Shown: positions 1 through 8,016, counted from the stretch's first letter. The stretch is 12,614 nt of DNA from Oscillospiraceae bacterium (GCA_045133555.1 JBGUUN010000068.1:1-12614); one strand, 5' to 3'. Made by a program: numbers and translations. Notes: generated by a model not told the origin, from the sequence alone.

Positions 1-23
1 TTATTTTGTATTTCAATCGTGCG

Positions 24-61
24 AAACGGAAACCGCCGTTTATTCGGCGCTTTCCGTTTTT
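24..61 (+). terminator. Rho-independent terminator of an upstream, off-window + strand gene
   Basis: Inverted repeat aaacggaaaccgccg (24-38) / cggcgctttccgttt (45-59) forms a 15-bp stem with one C-C mismatch (33/50). The loop is tttatt (6 nt) and a T run spans 57-61. Confidence 0.6.
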
Positions 62-64
62 GTG

Positions 65-73
65 TGATATAAA
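65..73 (+). promoter_or_regulatory. Possible extended -10 element (TGaTATAAA) for the rpiR-led operon
   Basis: TGa at 65-67 is directly followed by TATAAA at 68-73. There is no convincing -35 hexamer 16-18 nt upstream. This element would place the transcript start near 80, which argues against the ATG at 80 as the start codon. Confidence 0.3.
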
Positions 74-103
74 AACATAATGCAAAAGGAGGAAGGTTAT
101 CCC

Positions 104-1030
104 ATGGCTAAGAGCTTATTATATGTCATTGAGGAGAAGCGTTCCGGTTTTTCCAAAGGTCAGCGACGTATTGCTGACTATATTTTGAACCATTATGAAA
201 AAGCGGCTTATATGACCGCATCCAAGCTGGGCAACACCGTCGGTGTCAGTGAATCCACAGTGGTACGTTTTGCGTTCGAGCTTGGTTATGACGGTTATCC
301 GCATATGCAAAAACAGCTGCAGGAGATGATCAAGCATAAGCTGACTGCGGTACAGCGCATCGAGGTGGCAGATGAGCAGCTCGGTGACGGCGAGGTGTTG
401 GACAAGGTTTTGAATCTGGATATCGAAAAGATCCGTCAGACCCTGGAGGATACCGACAGAGCGGCATTCGGCGGTGCCGTTGATGCGATCGTTTCCGCAA
501 GAAAAGTCTATATCCAGGGTGCAAGAAGTGCATCTACGCTTGGAAGATTCCTGTCATTTTATTTTCAGCTCATCTTACCGGATGTCTGTCTGATCGAAGC
601 AACCAGCATCAGCGAGATCTTTGAACAGATCTTGCGCATGAATGAGCAGGATGTCATCATCGGCATCAGCTTCCCGCGCTACTCCACCCGTACCGTATCC
701 GCATTGCAGTATGCAAAATCGCAGGGTTCGAAAGTCATTGCGATCACCGACAGTGCAGACTCTCCGCTGGCACAGACGGCAGATTATTTCCTGCAGGCAA
801 GATCCGATATGGCATCTTTCGTTGACTCCCTGGTCGCACCGCTCTCGCTGATCAATGCACTGATCGTTGCGGTGGGTCTGAAAAAGAGTGAAGAACTCAA
901 GGAAACCTTTGCGCGTCTGGAGCGTATCTGGGAAGAATATGATGTTTACCAGAAAAGCGATGCCGGTGCGGTAGACTCGAAATCCGAAAAAAATAAAAAG
1001 GAAGCAAATCGTAAAAATGATAAGAAATGA
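104..1030 (+). CDS. RpiR/MurR-family transcriptional regulator (N-terminal HTH, C-terminal SIS sugar-phosphate-binding domain)
   Basis: The N-terminus (FSKGQRRIADYILNHYEKAAYMTASKLGNTVGVSESTVVRFAFELGYDGY) is the typical RpiR HTH_6 pattern. The remainder (VYIQGARSASTLGRFL...VIIGISFPRYSTRTV...GSKVIAITDS) matches a SIS fold. The ORF opens at 80, but GGAGG at 88-92 sits 11 nt before the ATG at 104 (MAKSLLYV...), so I prefer 104. The Lys-rich C-terminal tail overlaps the next gene. Confidence 0.85.
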   Translation: MAKSLLYVIEEKRSGFSKGQRRIADYILNHYEKAAYMTASKLGNTVGVSESTVVRFAFELGYDGYPHMQKQLQEMIKHKLTAVQRIEVADEQLGDGEVLDKVLNLDIEKIRQTLEDTDRAAFGGAVDAIVSARKVYIQGARSASTLGRFLSFYFQLILPDVCLIEATSISEIFEQILRMNEQDVIIGISFPRYSTRTVSALQYAKSQGSKVIAITDSADSPLAQTADYFLQARSDMASFVDSLVAPLSLINALIVAVGLKKSEELKETFARLERIWEEYDVYQKSDAGAVDSKSEKNKKEANRKNDKK

Positions 1031-2282
1031 TGCGGATCTGATCGTGGTAGGCGGCGGTGCTGCCGGTTTGTATGCTGCTGCGATCGCTGCACGCAGAGGG
1101 CTGCGTGTTCTGATCTTGGAAAAATGTCCCCGTCCGGCGCGTAAACTCATGATCACCGGTAAGGGCAGATGCAATGTTACCAACAATACCACAAAAGAAA
1201 AGCTGATGGAGAACATCCCGTGTAATCCGAAGTTTTTATACAGTGCATTTGCGTTCTGCGATGCGCAGGATGTTATGCGTTTCTTTGAGGCACAGGGTGT
1301 GGAATTGAAAACCGAACGCGGCAACCGTGTGTTCCCGGTGTCGGACAAAGCTGTGGATATCGTGGATGCGCTGGTGGGTGCCTGCAAGATCGCAGGTGCA
1401 AAGCTATTGACCGATACCCCAGTACAGTCTCTTGTGATCGAGGACGGTGTTCTGACCGGTGTTAAGACCGAAAACGGTGCGTGCTATACCGCACCGAATG
1501 TGTTGGTCACCTGCGGCGGACTTTCGTATCCGACCACCGGTTCGACCGGTGACGGCTATCGTCTTGCAAGACAGACCGGACATACCATCAAGGAATGTCG
1601 CGGCTCGCTTGTTGCTTTGGAAAGCAATGAACCGCTTTGCCTCAATGCAATGGGACTTTCGCTGCGTAATGTCACTTTGTGCTGTGAGGAGCGCGGTAAG
1701 AAGAAAAATAAAGTGGTCTATAAGGAACAGGGCGAGATGCTGTTTACGCATTTCGGCGTGACCGGACCGTTGGTGCTTTCGGCGTCGGCACATATCAGAA
1801 AAGATCCGAAGGATTATACGCTGATCTTGGATCTCAAACCTGCTTTGAGTGCAGAACAGCTCGATGCAAGAATATTAAGAGATTTTCTGAAATATGTTAA
1901 TAAAGATGTCGTAAATGCGCTGGATGAACTGTTGCCAAAAAAGATTATTTCTGATATAATAAGACTTGCAGGCATCGATCCGCAGACCAAGGTGCATGAC
2001 CTGACCAAGGAGCAGCGACTTTCTTTGGTGCATACCATCAAGAATGTTGTGATCCCGGTTTCGGCATTTCGCCCGGTAAAAGAAGCGATCGTAACAAACG
2101 GCGGCGTCAATGTGAAAGAGATCAATCCGCATACCATGGAGTCCAAGCTGCTTGGCGGTCTTTATTTTGCAGGTGAGGTTATCGACGTTGATGCATATAC
2201 CGGTGGATTTAATCTGCAGATCGCGTTTGCGACCGGTAATCTTGCGGCGATTTCTGTAAATAAAGATGGGAGCGTAGAATGA
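1017..2282 (+). CDS. NAD(P)/FAD-dependent oxidoreductase, HI0933/YhiN/BaiN-like flavoprotein family
   Basis: Dinucleotide-binding motif DLIVVGGGAAGLYAA near the N-terminus. The family signature ITGKGRCNVTN is present, as is the C-terminal GGLYFAGEVIDVDAYTGGFNLQIAFATG. The length of 421 aa is typical. The start ATG overlaps the rpiR stop by 14 nt. Confidence 0.85.
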   Translation: MIRNDADLIVVGGGAAGLYAAAIAARRGLRVLILEKCPRPARKLMITGKGRCNVTNNTTKEKLMENIPCNPKFLYSAFAFCDAQDVMRFFEAQGVELKTERGNRVFPVSDKAVDIVDALVGACKIAGAKLLTDTPVQSLVIEDGVLTGVKTENGACYTAPNVLVTCGGLSYPTTGSTGDGYRLARQTGHTIKECRGSLVALESNEPLCLNAMGLSLRNVTLCCEERGKKKNKVVYKEQGEMLFTHFGVTGPLVLSASAHIRKDPKDYTLILDLKPALSAEQLDARILRDFLKYVNKDVVNALDELLPKKIISDIIRLAGIDPQTKVHDLTKEQRLSLVHTIKNVVIPVSAFRPVKEAIVTNGGVNVKEINPHTMESKLLGGLYFAGEVIDVDAYTGGFNLQIAFATGNLAAISVNKDGSVE

Positions 2283-2947
2283 TGAGAGCCATTGCGATCG
2301 ATGGACCGGCAGGAGCCGGAAAAAGCAGCATCGCTAAGATAGTTTCCAAACGTCTGGGATTTATCTATGTCGATACCGGCGCACTCTACCGTGCGGTCGG
2401 TTATACGGCAATGAAAAAGGGTATCGCACTTTCCGAATTGGAAGCGATCCTTCCTTATCTGGATGAGATGCAGGTCACCATTCGCTATGTTGACGGTGAA
2501 CAGCGCGTATTTGTAAACGGCGTTGATGTTTCATCCGAAATTCGAACCCAGGAAGTTGCAGCTTATGCGTCGAAGGTGTCTGCACTGCCGCCGGTAAGAC
2601 AGTTTTTGTTTGATCTGCAGCAGCAGTTAGCAAGAGAAAACGATGTTGTCATGGACGGTCGTGATATCGGTACCGTTGTATTGCCGAATGCCGATGTCAA
2701 GATCTTCTTGACCGCTTCGGTCGAAGAACGTGCAAGACGCCGTTATAAAGAGCTCTGTGAGAAGGGCATCCCGGCAGAACTTTCTGTGATCGAGGAAGAG
2801 ATCCGTCAGCGTGACGAGCAGGATATGAACCGACCGATTGCACCGCTCAAACAGGCAGAGGATGCGGTTTTGCTGGATACTTCCGCAATGAATATCGAGG
2901 AATCGATCGAAGCACTTCTTGCAATCGTTGCAAGCAAGCTTTCTTAA
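2279..2947 (+). CDS. cmk: (d)CMP kinase (cytidylate kinase)
   Basis: P-loop IAIDGPAGAGKSS is followed by YVDTGALYRAV and VMDGRDIGTVVLP, all classic Cmk motifs. The ATGA start/stop overlap with the upstream gene (2279-2282) suggests translational coupling. Confidence 0.95.
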   Translation: MMRAIAIDGPAGAGKSSIAKIVSKRLGFIYVDTGALYRAVGYTAMKKGIALSELEAILPYLDEMQVTIRYVDGEQRVFVNGVDVSSEIRTQEVAAYASKVSALPPVRQFLFDLQQQLARENDVVMDGRDIGTVVLPNADVKIFLTASVEERARRRYKELCEKGIPAELSVIEEEIRQRDEQDMNRPIAPLKQAEDAVLLDTSAMNIEESIEALLAIVASKLS

Positions 2948-2966
2948 AAGAAGGTGAGGTAAAAAA

Positions 2967-3590
2967 ATGTGGCTGTATACAGTTGCGAAAGCAATTGCAA
3001 AACTGCCGTTTCCGCTGTTTTTCCGTGTGACGGTATCCGGTAAGGAACATATCCCGACCGATAACAGCAAGGGGTTTATCCTTGCTGCCAACCATATTTC
3101 CGCTCTGGATCCGGTGGTGCTTGCCATCACCTTAAAACAGCAGGTCCGTTTCATGGCAAAAGAGGAATTGTTCAAAAACCGTTTCCTTGGATTTTTGCTT
3201 AAGAATATCGGTACTTTTGCTGTTGCGCGCGGAAAGGGCGATATGTCCGTCATCGATCACGCGGGCGATGTTGTAAAAGCAGGAGGGGTTCTGGGTATCT
3301 TCCCGGAAGGCACCCGTTCAAAAACAGGTGAACTGCTCAAACCGAAATCCGGTGTGATTTTGATTGCGGCAAATACCGGCGGCGATATTCTGCCGGTTGC
3401 AATTACGCAGATGCCGAAACGAAAATTCCGTCGGAAACATATTCATCTTGCCTTTGGCGAGATGATACCAAACAAAGAACTTGCTGTGGACGGGCCGAGA
3501 AATCTGGCTCAGATCAAATCCGCAAGCAAGCTGCTGATGGCAAGGATCGCCGATTTGCGTCAGGTATCTTTGCAGGCGCATAAGGATTAA
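2967..3590 (+). CDS. plsC: 1-acyl-sn-glycerol-3-phosphate acyltransferase
   Basis: Acyltransferase HX4D motif (ANHISALDP) and FPEGTRS motif, with a hydrophobic N-terminus. SD GGTGAGG lies upstream of the ATG at 2967. Confidence 0.9.
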   Translation: MWLYTVAKAIAKLPFPLFFRVTVSGKEHIPTDNSKGFILAANHISALDPVVLAITLKQQVRFMAKEELFKNRFLGFLLKNIGTFAVARGKGDMSVIDHAGDVVKAGGVLGIFPEGTRSKTGELLKPKSGVILIAANTGGDILPVAITQMPKRKFRRKHIHLAFGEMIPNKELAVDGPRNLAQIKSASKLLMARIADLRQVSLQAHKD

Positions 3591-3592
3591 GC

Positions 3593-5575
3593 ATGAAAAC
3601 AGTTATCAAACTCGCAAAGACTGCAGGTTTTTGCTTTGGTGTCAAACGTGCCGTGGATATCGTGGAAGGTCTTTTGGATGAGGGAAAAGCGGTAGCGACC
3701 CTTGGCCCGATCATCCACAATCCGCAGATGGTGGAGCGTTTGGAGAAAAAGGGATGTGAGATCGTGGATAACCCGATCGATGCCAAGAGCGAACAGACGC
3801 TTGTGATCCGTTCGCACGGTGTATCGCGTTCGGTCTATGACACGCTTGATCAAAAAAAGCAGCAATATATCGATGCCACTTGTCCGTTCGTTGCCAAGAT
3901 CCATCGGATCGTGGCAAATGCTGAGGAGCAAAATGCGATCGTTCTGATCGCAGGTGATCCGAAGCATCCTGAGGTAATTGGCATCAAAGGTCATTGCAGC
4001 ACCGAAGCACATTTGTATGAATCACCAAAAGATTTGGAATTTTTATTACGAAATCTTGGCGAAAAAGTTAACAAACCGATCATTATGGTGGCTCAAACTA
4101 CATATAATGTAAATCTTTGGGGTGAAAGTGCTGAAATTTCAAAAAAGTACTGTACAAATCTCAAAATTTATGATACAATATGTAGTGCTACTAGCGCACG
4201 TCAGCAAGAGGCGATTTCTCTGGCAAAAGAAAGTGACCTGATGGTCGTGATCGGCGGCAGAGAAAGTTCCAACACGCAGAAGCTTAGATCAATCTGTGAG
4301 AAAGAGTGTGACACGGTTTTAGTTCAGACCGCGGCAGAGATCGATCCGCAGCTGCTTGTCGGACGTCGGCAAATTGGCGTAACCGCCGGGGCTTCCACTC
4401 CGGCTTATATTATAAAGGAGGCAATTTACGCTATGGATGAAATGTTAATGAACAATCTTGAAGAGGAGATGGATTTCGCGCAGTTACTGGACCAGTACCA
4501 GGACAACGCAAGATTATATGTTGGCAAGAAAGTTCGCGGCACCGTTGAGCAGGTTCTGCCGAACGAAGTTCACGTTGATATCGGCGCAAAACAGTCCGGT
4601 GTTGTAACCGCAGACGAACTGACCGATGATCCGACCCTCTCCACCGATGAAATCGTAAAAATCGGTGATGAAATCGACCTGATGGTTCTGAAAGTAAACG
4701 ATCAGGACGGTCTGGTAATGCTGAGCAAAAAACGCTGCGATGCTCAGGCTGGTTTTGAGGCTGTAAGAGAAGCTTACGAGGCTGGCACCATTCTCGACGG
4801 TGTTGTAACCGACGTTGTTAAGAGCGGTGTTCTGGTTCTGACCAACAAAACCAAGATCTTTGTTCCGGCTTCTCACGTTGCTATGCAGAAAGTTGAAGAT
4901 CTGTCCACCCTGTTAAAGAAACAGGTTAAGATCAAAATCTTAGAGATCAACGACAAACGCGGCCGCGCTTTAGCTTCCATCAAAGCTGCTGAGAGAGAAG
5001 TATTCGCAGAGGAAAGAAAAGTTGCTGAAGAGAAATTCTGGGCAGAGGCTGAGCTGGGCAAACGTTACACCGGCGAAGTTAAATCCCTGACCGAGTACGG
5101 TGCATTCGTTGATTTAGGCGGCGTTGACGGTATGATCCATCGTTCCGAGCTGTCCTGGACCAAACGTGTAAGAAAAGCTTCCGACGTATTAAAAGTCGGT
5201 GATGTTGTTGAAGTTTACATCCGCGAGCTGGATGCAGAGAAGAAACGCATTTCCTTAGGCTACAGAAAACAGGAAGACAATCCGTGGGAAATCTTAAGAA
5301 ACACCTATAACGTTGGCGACACCGCTAAAGTTACCGTTGTTTCCTTCACCGACTACGGCGCATTTGCTAAAGTTATCCCGGGTATCGATGGCTTAATCCA
5401 CATTTCTCAGATCGCTAATCAGCGTGTTGAGAAGATCGCTGATTTCCTGCAGATCGGTCAGGAAGTTGACGTTCAGATCATCGACATCGATTACGATAAG
5501 AAACGCGTAAGCCTGTCCATCAGAAATCTGCTCGCTGACGAAGAGCCGGCTGCAGAAGAGGCTGATGCAGAATAA
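3593..5575 (+). CDS. ispH: Bifunctional 4-hydroxy-3-methylbut-2-enyl diphosphate reductase (IspH/LytB) fused to a four-repeat ribosomal protein S1 homologue
   Basis: Codons 1-280 form a complete IspH. The three [4Fe-4S] Cys contexts are visible (GFCFGVKRA, DATCPFV, DTICSAT), as are VAQTT and the terminal GASTP. Codons ~300-660 carry four S1 OB-fold repeats (GKKVRGTV..., GTILDGVV..., GKRYTGEV...YGAFVDL, GDTAKVTV...YGAFAKV). This fusion architecture is a known annotation class in Clostridia. Confidence 0.93.
   Translation: MKTVIKLAKTAGFCFGVKRAVDIVEGLLDEGKAVATLGPIIHNPQMVERLEKKGCEIVDNPIDAKSEQTLVIRSHGVSRSVYDTLDQKKQQYIDATCPFVAKIHRIVANAEEQNAIVLIAGDPKHPEVIGIKGHCSTEAHLYESPKDLEFLLRNLGEKVNKPIIMVAQTTYNVNLWGESAEISKKYCTNLKIYDTICSATSARQQEAISLAKESDLMVVIGGRESSNTQKLRSICEKECDTVLVQTAAEIDPQLLVGRRQIGVTAGASTPAYIIKEAIYAMDEMLMNNLEEEMDFAQLLDQYQDNARLYVGKKVRGTVEQVLPNEVHVDIGAKQSGVVTADELTDDPTLSTDEIVKIGDEIDLMVLKVNDQDGLVMLSKKRCDAQAGFEAVREAYEAGTILDGVVTDVVKSGVLVLTNKTKIFVPASHVAMQKVEDLSTLLKKQVKIKILEINDKRGRALASIKAAEREVFAEERKVAEEKFWAEAELGKRYTGEVKSLTEYGAFVDLGGVDGMIHRSELSWTKRVRKASDVLKVGDVVEVYIRELDAEKKRISLGYRKQEDNPWEILRNTYNVGDTAKVTVVSFTDYGAFAKVIPGIDGLIHISQIANQRVEKIADFLQIGQEVDVQIIDIDYDKKRVSLSIRNLLADEEPAAEEADAE
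4414..4435 (+). promoter_or_regulatory. Candidate internal ribosome-binding site plus in-frame ATG at the IspH/S1 domain junction
   Basis: AAAGGAGG at 4414-4421, with the GGAGG core at 4417-4421, sits 11 nt before the ATG at 4433. That ATG is codon 281 of the fusion ORF, in frame. The spacing matches the SD-to-ATG spacing at rpiR (11 nt) and is close to serC (12 nt) in this window. Confidence 0.35.
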
Positions 5576-5589
5576 TTGAATCCTAACCG

Positions 5590-5626
5590 TCACCGGCAGT
5601 TTTTATAAATTGCCGGTGATTTTTTG
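5590..5626 (+). terminator. Rho-independent terminator ending the rpiR...ispH-rpsA unit
   Basis: Perfect 9-bp stem tcaccggca (5590-5598) / tgccggtga (5611-5619) followed by TTTTTT (5620-5625). It lies 15 nt after the stop codon. Confidence 0.85.
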
Positions 5627-5673
5627 CAATTTTCTTGCAGTTTAAACGAATTTCTAAATGTAAAGAAAAAAGC

Positions 5674-5702
5674 TTGACAGAACACTTGCATTGTGCTATA
5701 AT
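5674..5702 (+). promoter_or_regulatory. Sigma-A (sigma-70 type) promoter of the ylxM-ffh-rpsP operon
   Basis: Consensus TTGACA (5674-5679), a 17-nt spacer, and consensus TATAAT (5697-5702) preceded by TGc (5694-5696), an extended -10. It sits about 45 nt upstream of the ylxM ATG. Confidence 0.8.
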
Positions 5703-5748
5703 ACGATAGGCAAGAAAAGAGTGTGCCCTTGAAAGGATAAGAAGTCAG

Positions 5749-6108
5749 ATGATGGAGAAGAATATCTTGATCGGCAGTTTGCTGGATATCTACGGCGGCT
5801 TGCTTCCGGAGAAGCAGCGAATTTTGATCGATCTGGCATGTAACGAAGATCTGTCGCTTTCCGAAATATCCGAGATGGAGGGGATCACCCGCCAGGGGGT
5901 ACATGACAGTATTCGCCGCGGCGAGCTTTTACTGATGGGATATGAAGAAAAGCTTCATATGCTGCAGAGAAAGCAGGAACGTGTCGAAATGCTCAAAGAG
6001 CTGCAGGATACGCTGGAAGGGATCAAGGATCTGACCGGCGATGCTGTAAAGGATCCGTTGTGTTCGGCCTGTGAAAAGGTTGTTCGACTGTTGCAAAGAG
6101 AGGAATAA
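5749..6108 (+). CDS. ylxM: YlxM/p13-like putative DNA-binding protein (UPF0122), the usual partner upstream of ffh
   Basis: LLDIYGGLLPEKQRILIDLACNEDLSLSEISEMEGITRQGVHDSIRRGE is the typical YlxM sigma-70-region-4-like HTH. The position immediately upstream of ffh is conserved in Firmicutes. Confidence 0.9.
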   Translation: MMEKNILIGSLLDIYGGLLPEKQRILIDLACNEDLSLSEISEMEGITRQGVHDSIRRGELLLMGYEEKLHMLQRKQERVEMLKELQDTLEGIKDLTGDAVKDPLCSACEKVVRLLQREE

Positions 6109-6112
6109 CAAG

Positions 6113-7453
6113 ATGGCGTTTGAGGGATTAACCGAAAAACTTTCGCTCGCATTCAAGAAGCTGCGCAGTAAGGGCAAACTGTCCGAGGCGGACATCAAGG
6201 AAGCGATGCGTGAGGTCAGAATCGCGCTGCTGGAAGCAGACGTAAACTATAAGGTCGTTAAGGACTTTGTAAAGACGGTCAGCGAGAAAGCGGTCGGCGA
6301 GGAGATCATGAACAGCTTGACACCGGCACAGCAGGTGATCAAGGTGGTGCATGCCGAGCTGTGTGCACTGATGGGCAGCGAAAAGCAGTATGTTGCTTTT
6401 CCGTCCAAACCGCCGTGTGTGCTGATGCTCTGCGGTCTGCAGGGTGCAGGTAAAACCACCCACGCTGCAAAACTGGCACATTACTTTAAGACCCAGAACC
6501 ATAGACCGATGCTGGTTGCATGTGACGTTTACCGTCCGGCAGCGATTGAGCAGTTGAAGGTTGTCGGCAAGAAAGCCGGCGTAGAGGTATTTGAACGCGG
6601 TCAGGGCGATCCGGTTGCGATCGCAAAAGAGGCTGTCCGCTATGCAAAAGACTACGGTTACGATCTGGTGATCTTGGATACCGCGGGCCGTTTGCATATC
6701 GACGAAGTTCTGATGGACGAGTTAAAACGTGTCAAAGCTGCAGTTGATGTCAACGAGACCATGCTGACCATCGATGCGATGACCGGTCAGGATGCTGTAA
6801 ACGTTGCTAAGACCTTTAACGAGACCTTAGAGATCGACAGCGTTATGGTAACTAAGATGGACGGTGACACCCGTGGCGGTGCTGCATTATCCGTACTGGC
6901 GGTTACCGGTAAACCGATCAAGTTCGTCGGTATGGGTGAGAAGCTCGGCGATCTGGAAGCATTCTATCCGGACCGTATGGCTTCGAGAATCTTAGGCATG
7001 GGAGACGTTCTGACACTGATCGAAAAGGCACAGAGTCAGATCGATGTCGATGATGCCGAGAAAACCTTAAAGAAGCTGCAGGAAAACAGCTTCACAATGG
7101 ATGACCTGCTGGATCAGCTTCGTCAGATCCAGAAAATGGGCTCCATCAAAGACATTCTGGGAATGCTCCCGGGTGTCGGCGAGAAGATGAAGGATGTTGA
7201 GGTAGACGAAAAACAGTTTACCCGCATCGAAGCGATGATCACTTCGATGACTCCGAAGGAGCGTGCGAAGCCGTCGATCATCAATCCGTCGCGTAAACGC
7301 CGTATCGCGGCAGGCAGCGGCACCAAGGTTGAGGATGTCAACCGCTTGCTCAAACAGTTTGAACAGATGCAGAAAATGATGAAGCAGATGGGCAATATGG
7401 GCAAAAAAGGTAAGAAAAGAATGAATCCGATGAATATGCTGAAAGGCTTGTAA
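6113..7453 (+). CDS. ffh: Signal recognition particle protein Ffh
   Basis: Canonical N-terminus [18 protein letters not shown]-domain motifs [14 protein letters not shown] and TKMDGD are present. The M-domain tail is Met-rich ([26 protein letters not shown]). The ORF track opens at 6071 and overlaps ylxM, but the ATG at 6113, 5 nt after the ylxM stop, gives the conserved N-terminus. Confidence 0.97.
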   Translation: MAFEGLTEKLSLAFKKLRSKGKLSEADIKEAMREVRIALLEADVNYKVVKDFVKTVSEKAVGEEIMNSLTPAQQVIKVVHAELCALMGSEKQYVAFPSKPPCVLMLCGLQGAGKTTHAAKLAHYFKTQNHRPMLVACDVYRPAAIEQLKVVGKKAGVEVFERGQGDPVAIAKEAVRYAKDYGYDLVILDTAGRLHIDEVLMDELKRVKAAVDVNETMLTIDAMTGQDAVNVAKTFNETLEIDSVMVTKMDGDTRGGAALSVLAVTGKPIKFVGMGEKLGDLEAFYPDRMASRILGMGDVLTLIEKAQSQIDVDDAEKTLKKLQENSFTMDDLLDQLRQIQKMGSIKDILGMLPGVGEKMKDVEVDEKQFTRIEAMITSMTPKERAKPSIINPSRKRRIAAGSGTKVEDVNRLLKQFEQMQKMMKQMGNMGKKGKKRMNPMNMLKGL

Positions 7454-7503
7454 TTTCTCGGTTCAGATACAATGAATTTCATGAAATGTTGGAGGAAACT
7501 ACC

Positions 7504-7743
7504 ATGGCAGTTAAAATCAGACTGCGCCGTATGGGCGCAAAAAAAGCACCGTTCTACCGTATCGTTGTTGCAGATTCCAGATATGCTCGTGACGGCCGCT
7601 TCATCGAGGAAGTAGGCACCTACGATCCGACCAAAAATCCGTCTGCAATCACCGTAGATGAAGAAAAAGTACAGAAATGGATCGCTAACGGCGCTCAGCC
7701 GACCGATACCGTTAAGAAAATTCTGAAAACTCTCGAGAAATAA
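7504..7743 (+). CDS. rpsP: 30S ribosomal protein S16
   Basis: [42 protein letters not shown] is the canonical bS16 sequence. GGAGG at 7491-7495 precedes the ATG at 7504, so the ORF-track start at 7486 would place the SD inside the coding sequence. Confidence 0.97.
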   Translation: MAVKIRLRRMGAKKAPFYRIVVADSRYARDGRFIEEVGTYDPTKNPSAITVDEEKVQKWIANGAQPTDTVKKILKTLEK

Positions 7744-7768
7744 TTTCTCGTTTGTTGAGGGAGCTTAA

Positions 7769-8002
7769 ATGGAAGAATTGCTTAGAACCATCGCAAAGGG
7801 ATTGGTAGAAGACAAGGATGCCGTTGAAATTTCCGTTGATCCGATCAATGACGAGGGTGTAGTTGTTTATCATCTGCACGTTGCTCCGGATGATATGGGT
7901 CGTGTTATCGGTAAGCAGGGTAAAATTGCAAAAGCAATCCGTTGCGTAATGCGTGCCGGTGCAAACCGCATGAATCAGAAAGTTAATGTAGAGATCGACT
8001 GA
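7769..8002 (+). CDS. khpA: KH-domain RNA-binding protein (YlqC/KhpA family, UPF0109)
   Basis: A 77-aa protein with the KH GXXG loop (VIGKQGKIAKAIR). Its conserved position is between rpsP and rimM. Confidence 0.9.
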   Translation: MEELLRTIAKGLVEDKDAVEISVDPINDEGVVVYHLHVAPDDMGRVIGKQGKIAKAIRCVMRAGANRMNQKVNVEID

Positions 8003-8016
8003 TCTGACAGCAGGAT

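Noticed and set aside
1-1020. Apparent GATC enrichment (I count 10 in the first ~1,020 nt against about 4 expected from uniform composition)
   Set aside because: It is explained by codon preferences: ATC for Ile, and GAT or xGA followed by C-initial codons. Almost all occurrences are of the form nGA-TCn or GAT-Cnn within coding frames. The sequence alone gives no evidence of a methylation-related function.
575-1387. A 270-aa ORF on the minus strand spanning the rpiR/flavoprotein junction
   Set aside because: It lies antisense to two well-supported genes and is codon-aligned with rpiR, where sense TTA/CTA/TCA codons (antisense stops) are rare. The translation is low-complexity (Ser/Thr/Ala/Pro/Phe runs) with no recognisable motif, SD or promoter. 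It is a typical shadow ORF.
6071-6112. N-terminal extensions in the ORF track (ffh from 6071, rpsP from 7486, rpiR from 80)
   Set aside because: The conserved N-termini MAFEGL (ffh) and MAVKIRL (rpsP) begin at internal ATGs (6113, 7504). An SD is visible in front of the rpsP ATG at 7504 and the rpiR ATG at 104. The longer forms would overlap ylxM or bury the SD inside the coding sequence.
7451-7750. The identical 10-mer taatttctcg beginning at the stop codons of both ffh (7451-7460) and rpsP (7741-7750)
   Set aside because: A 10-nt identity is well within chance expectation for this window size. No associated secondary structure or further similarity extends beyond it.
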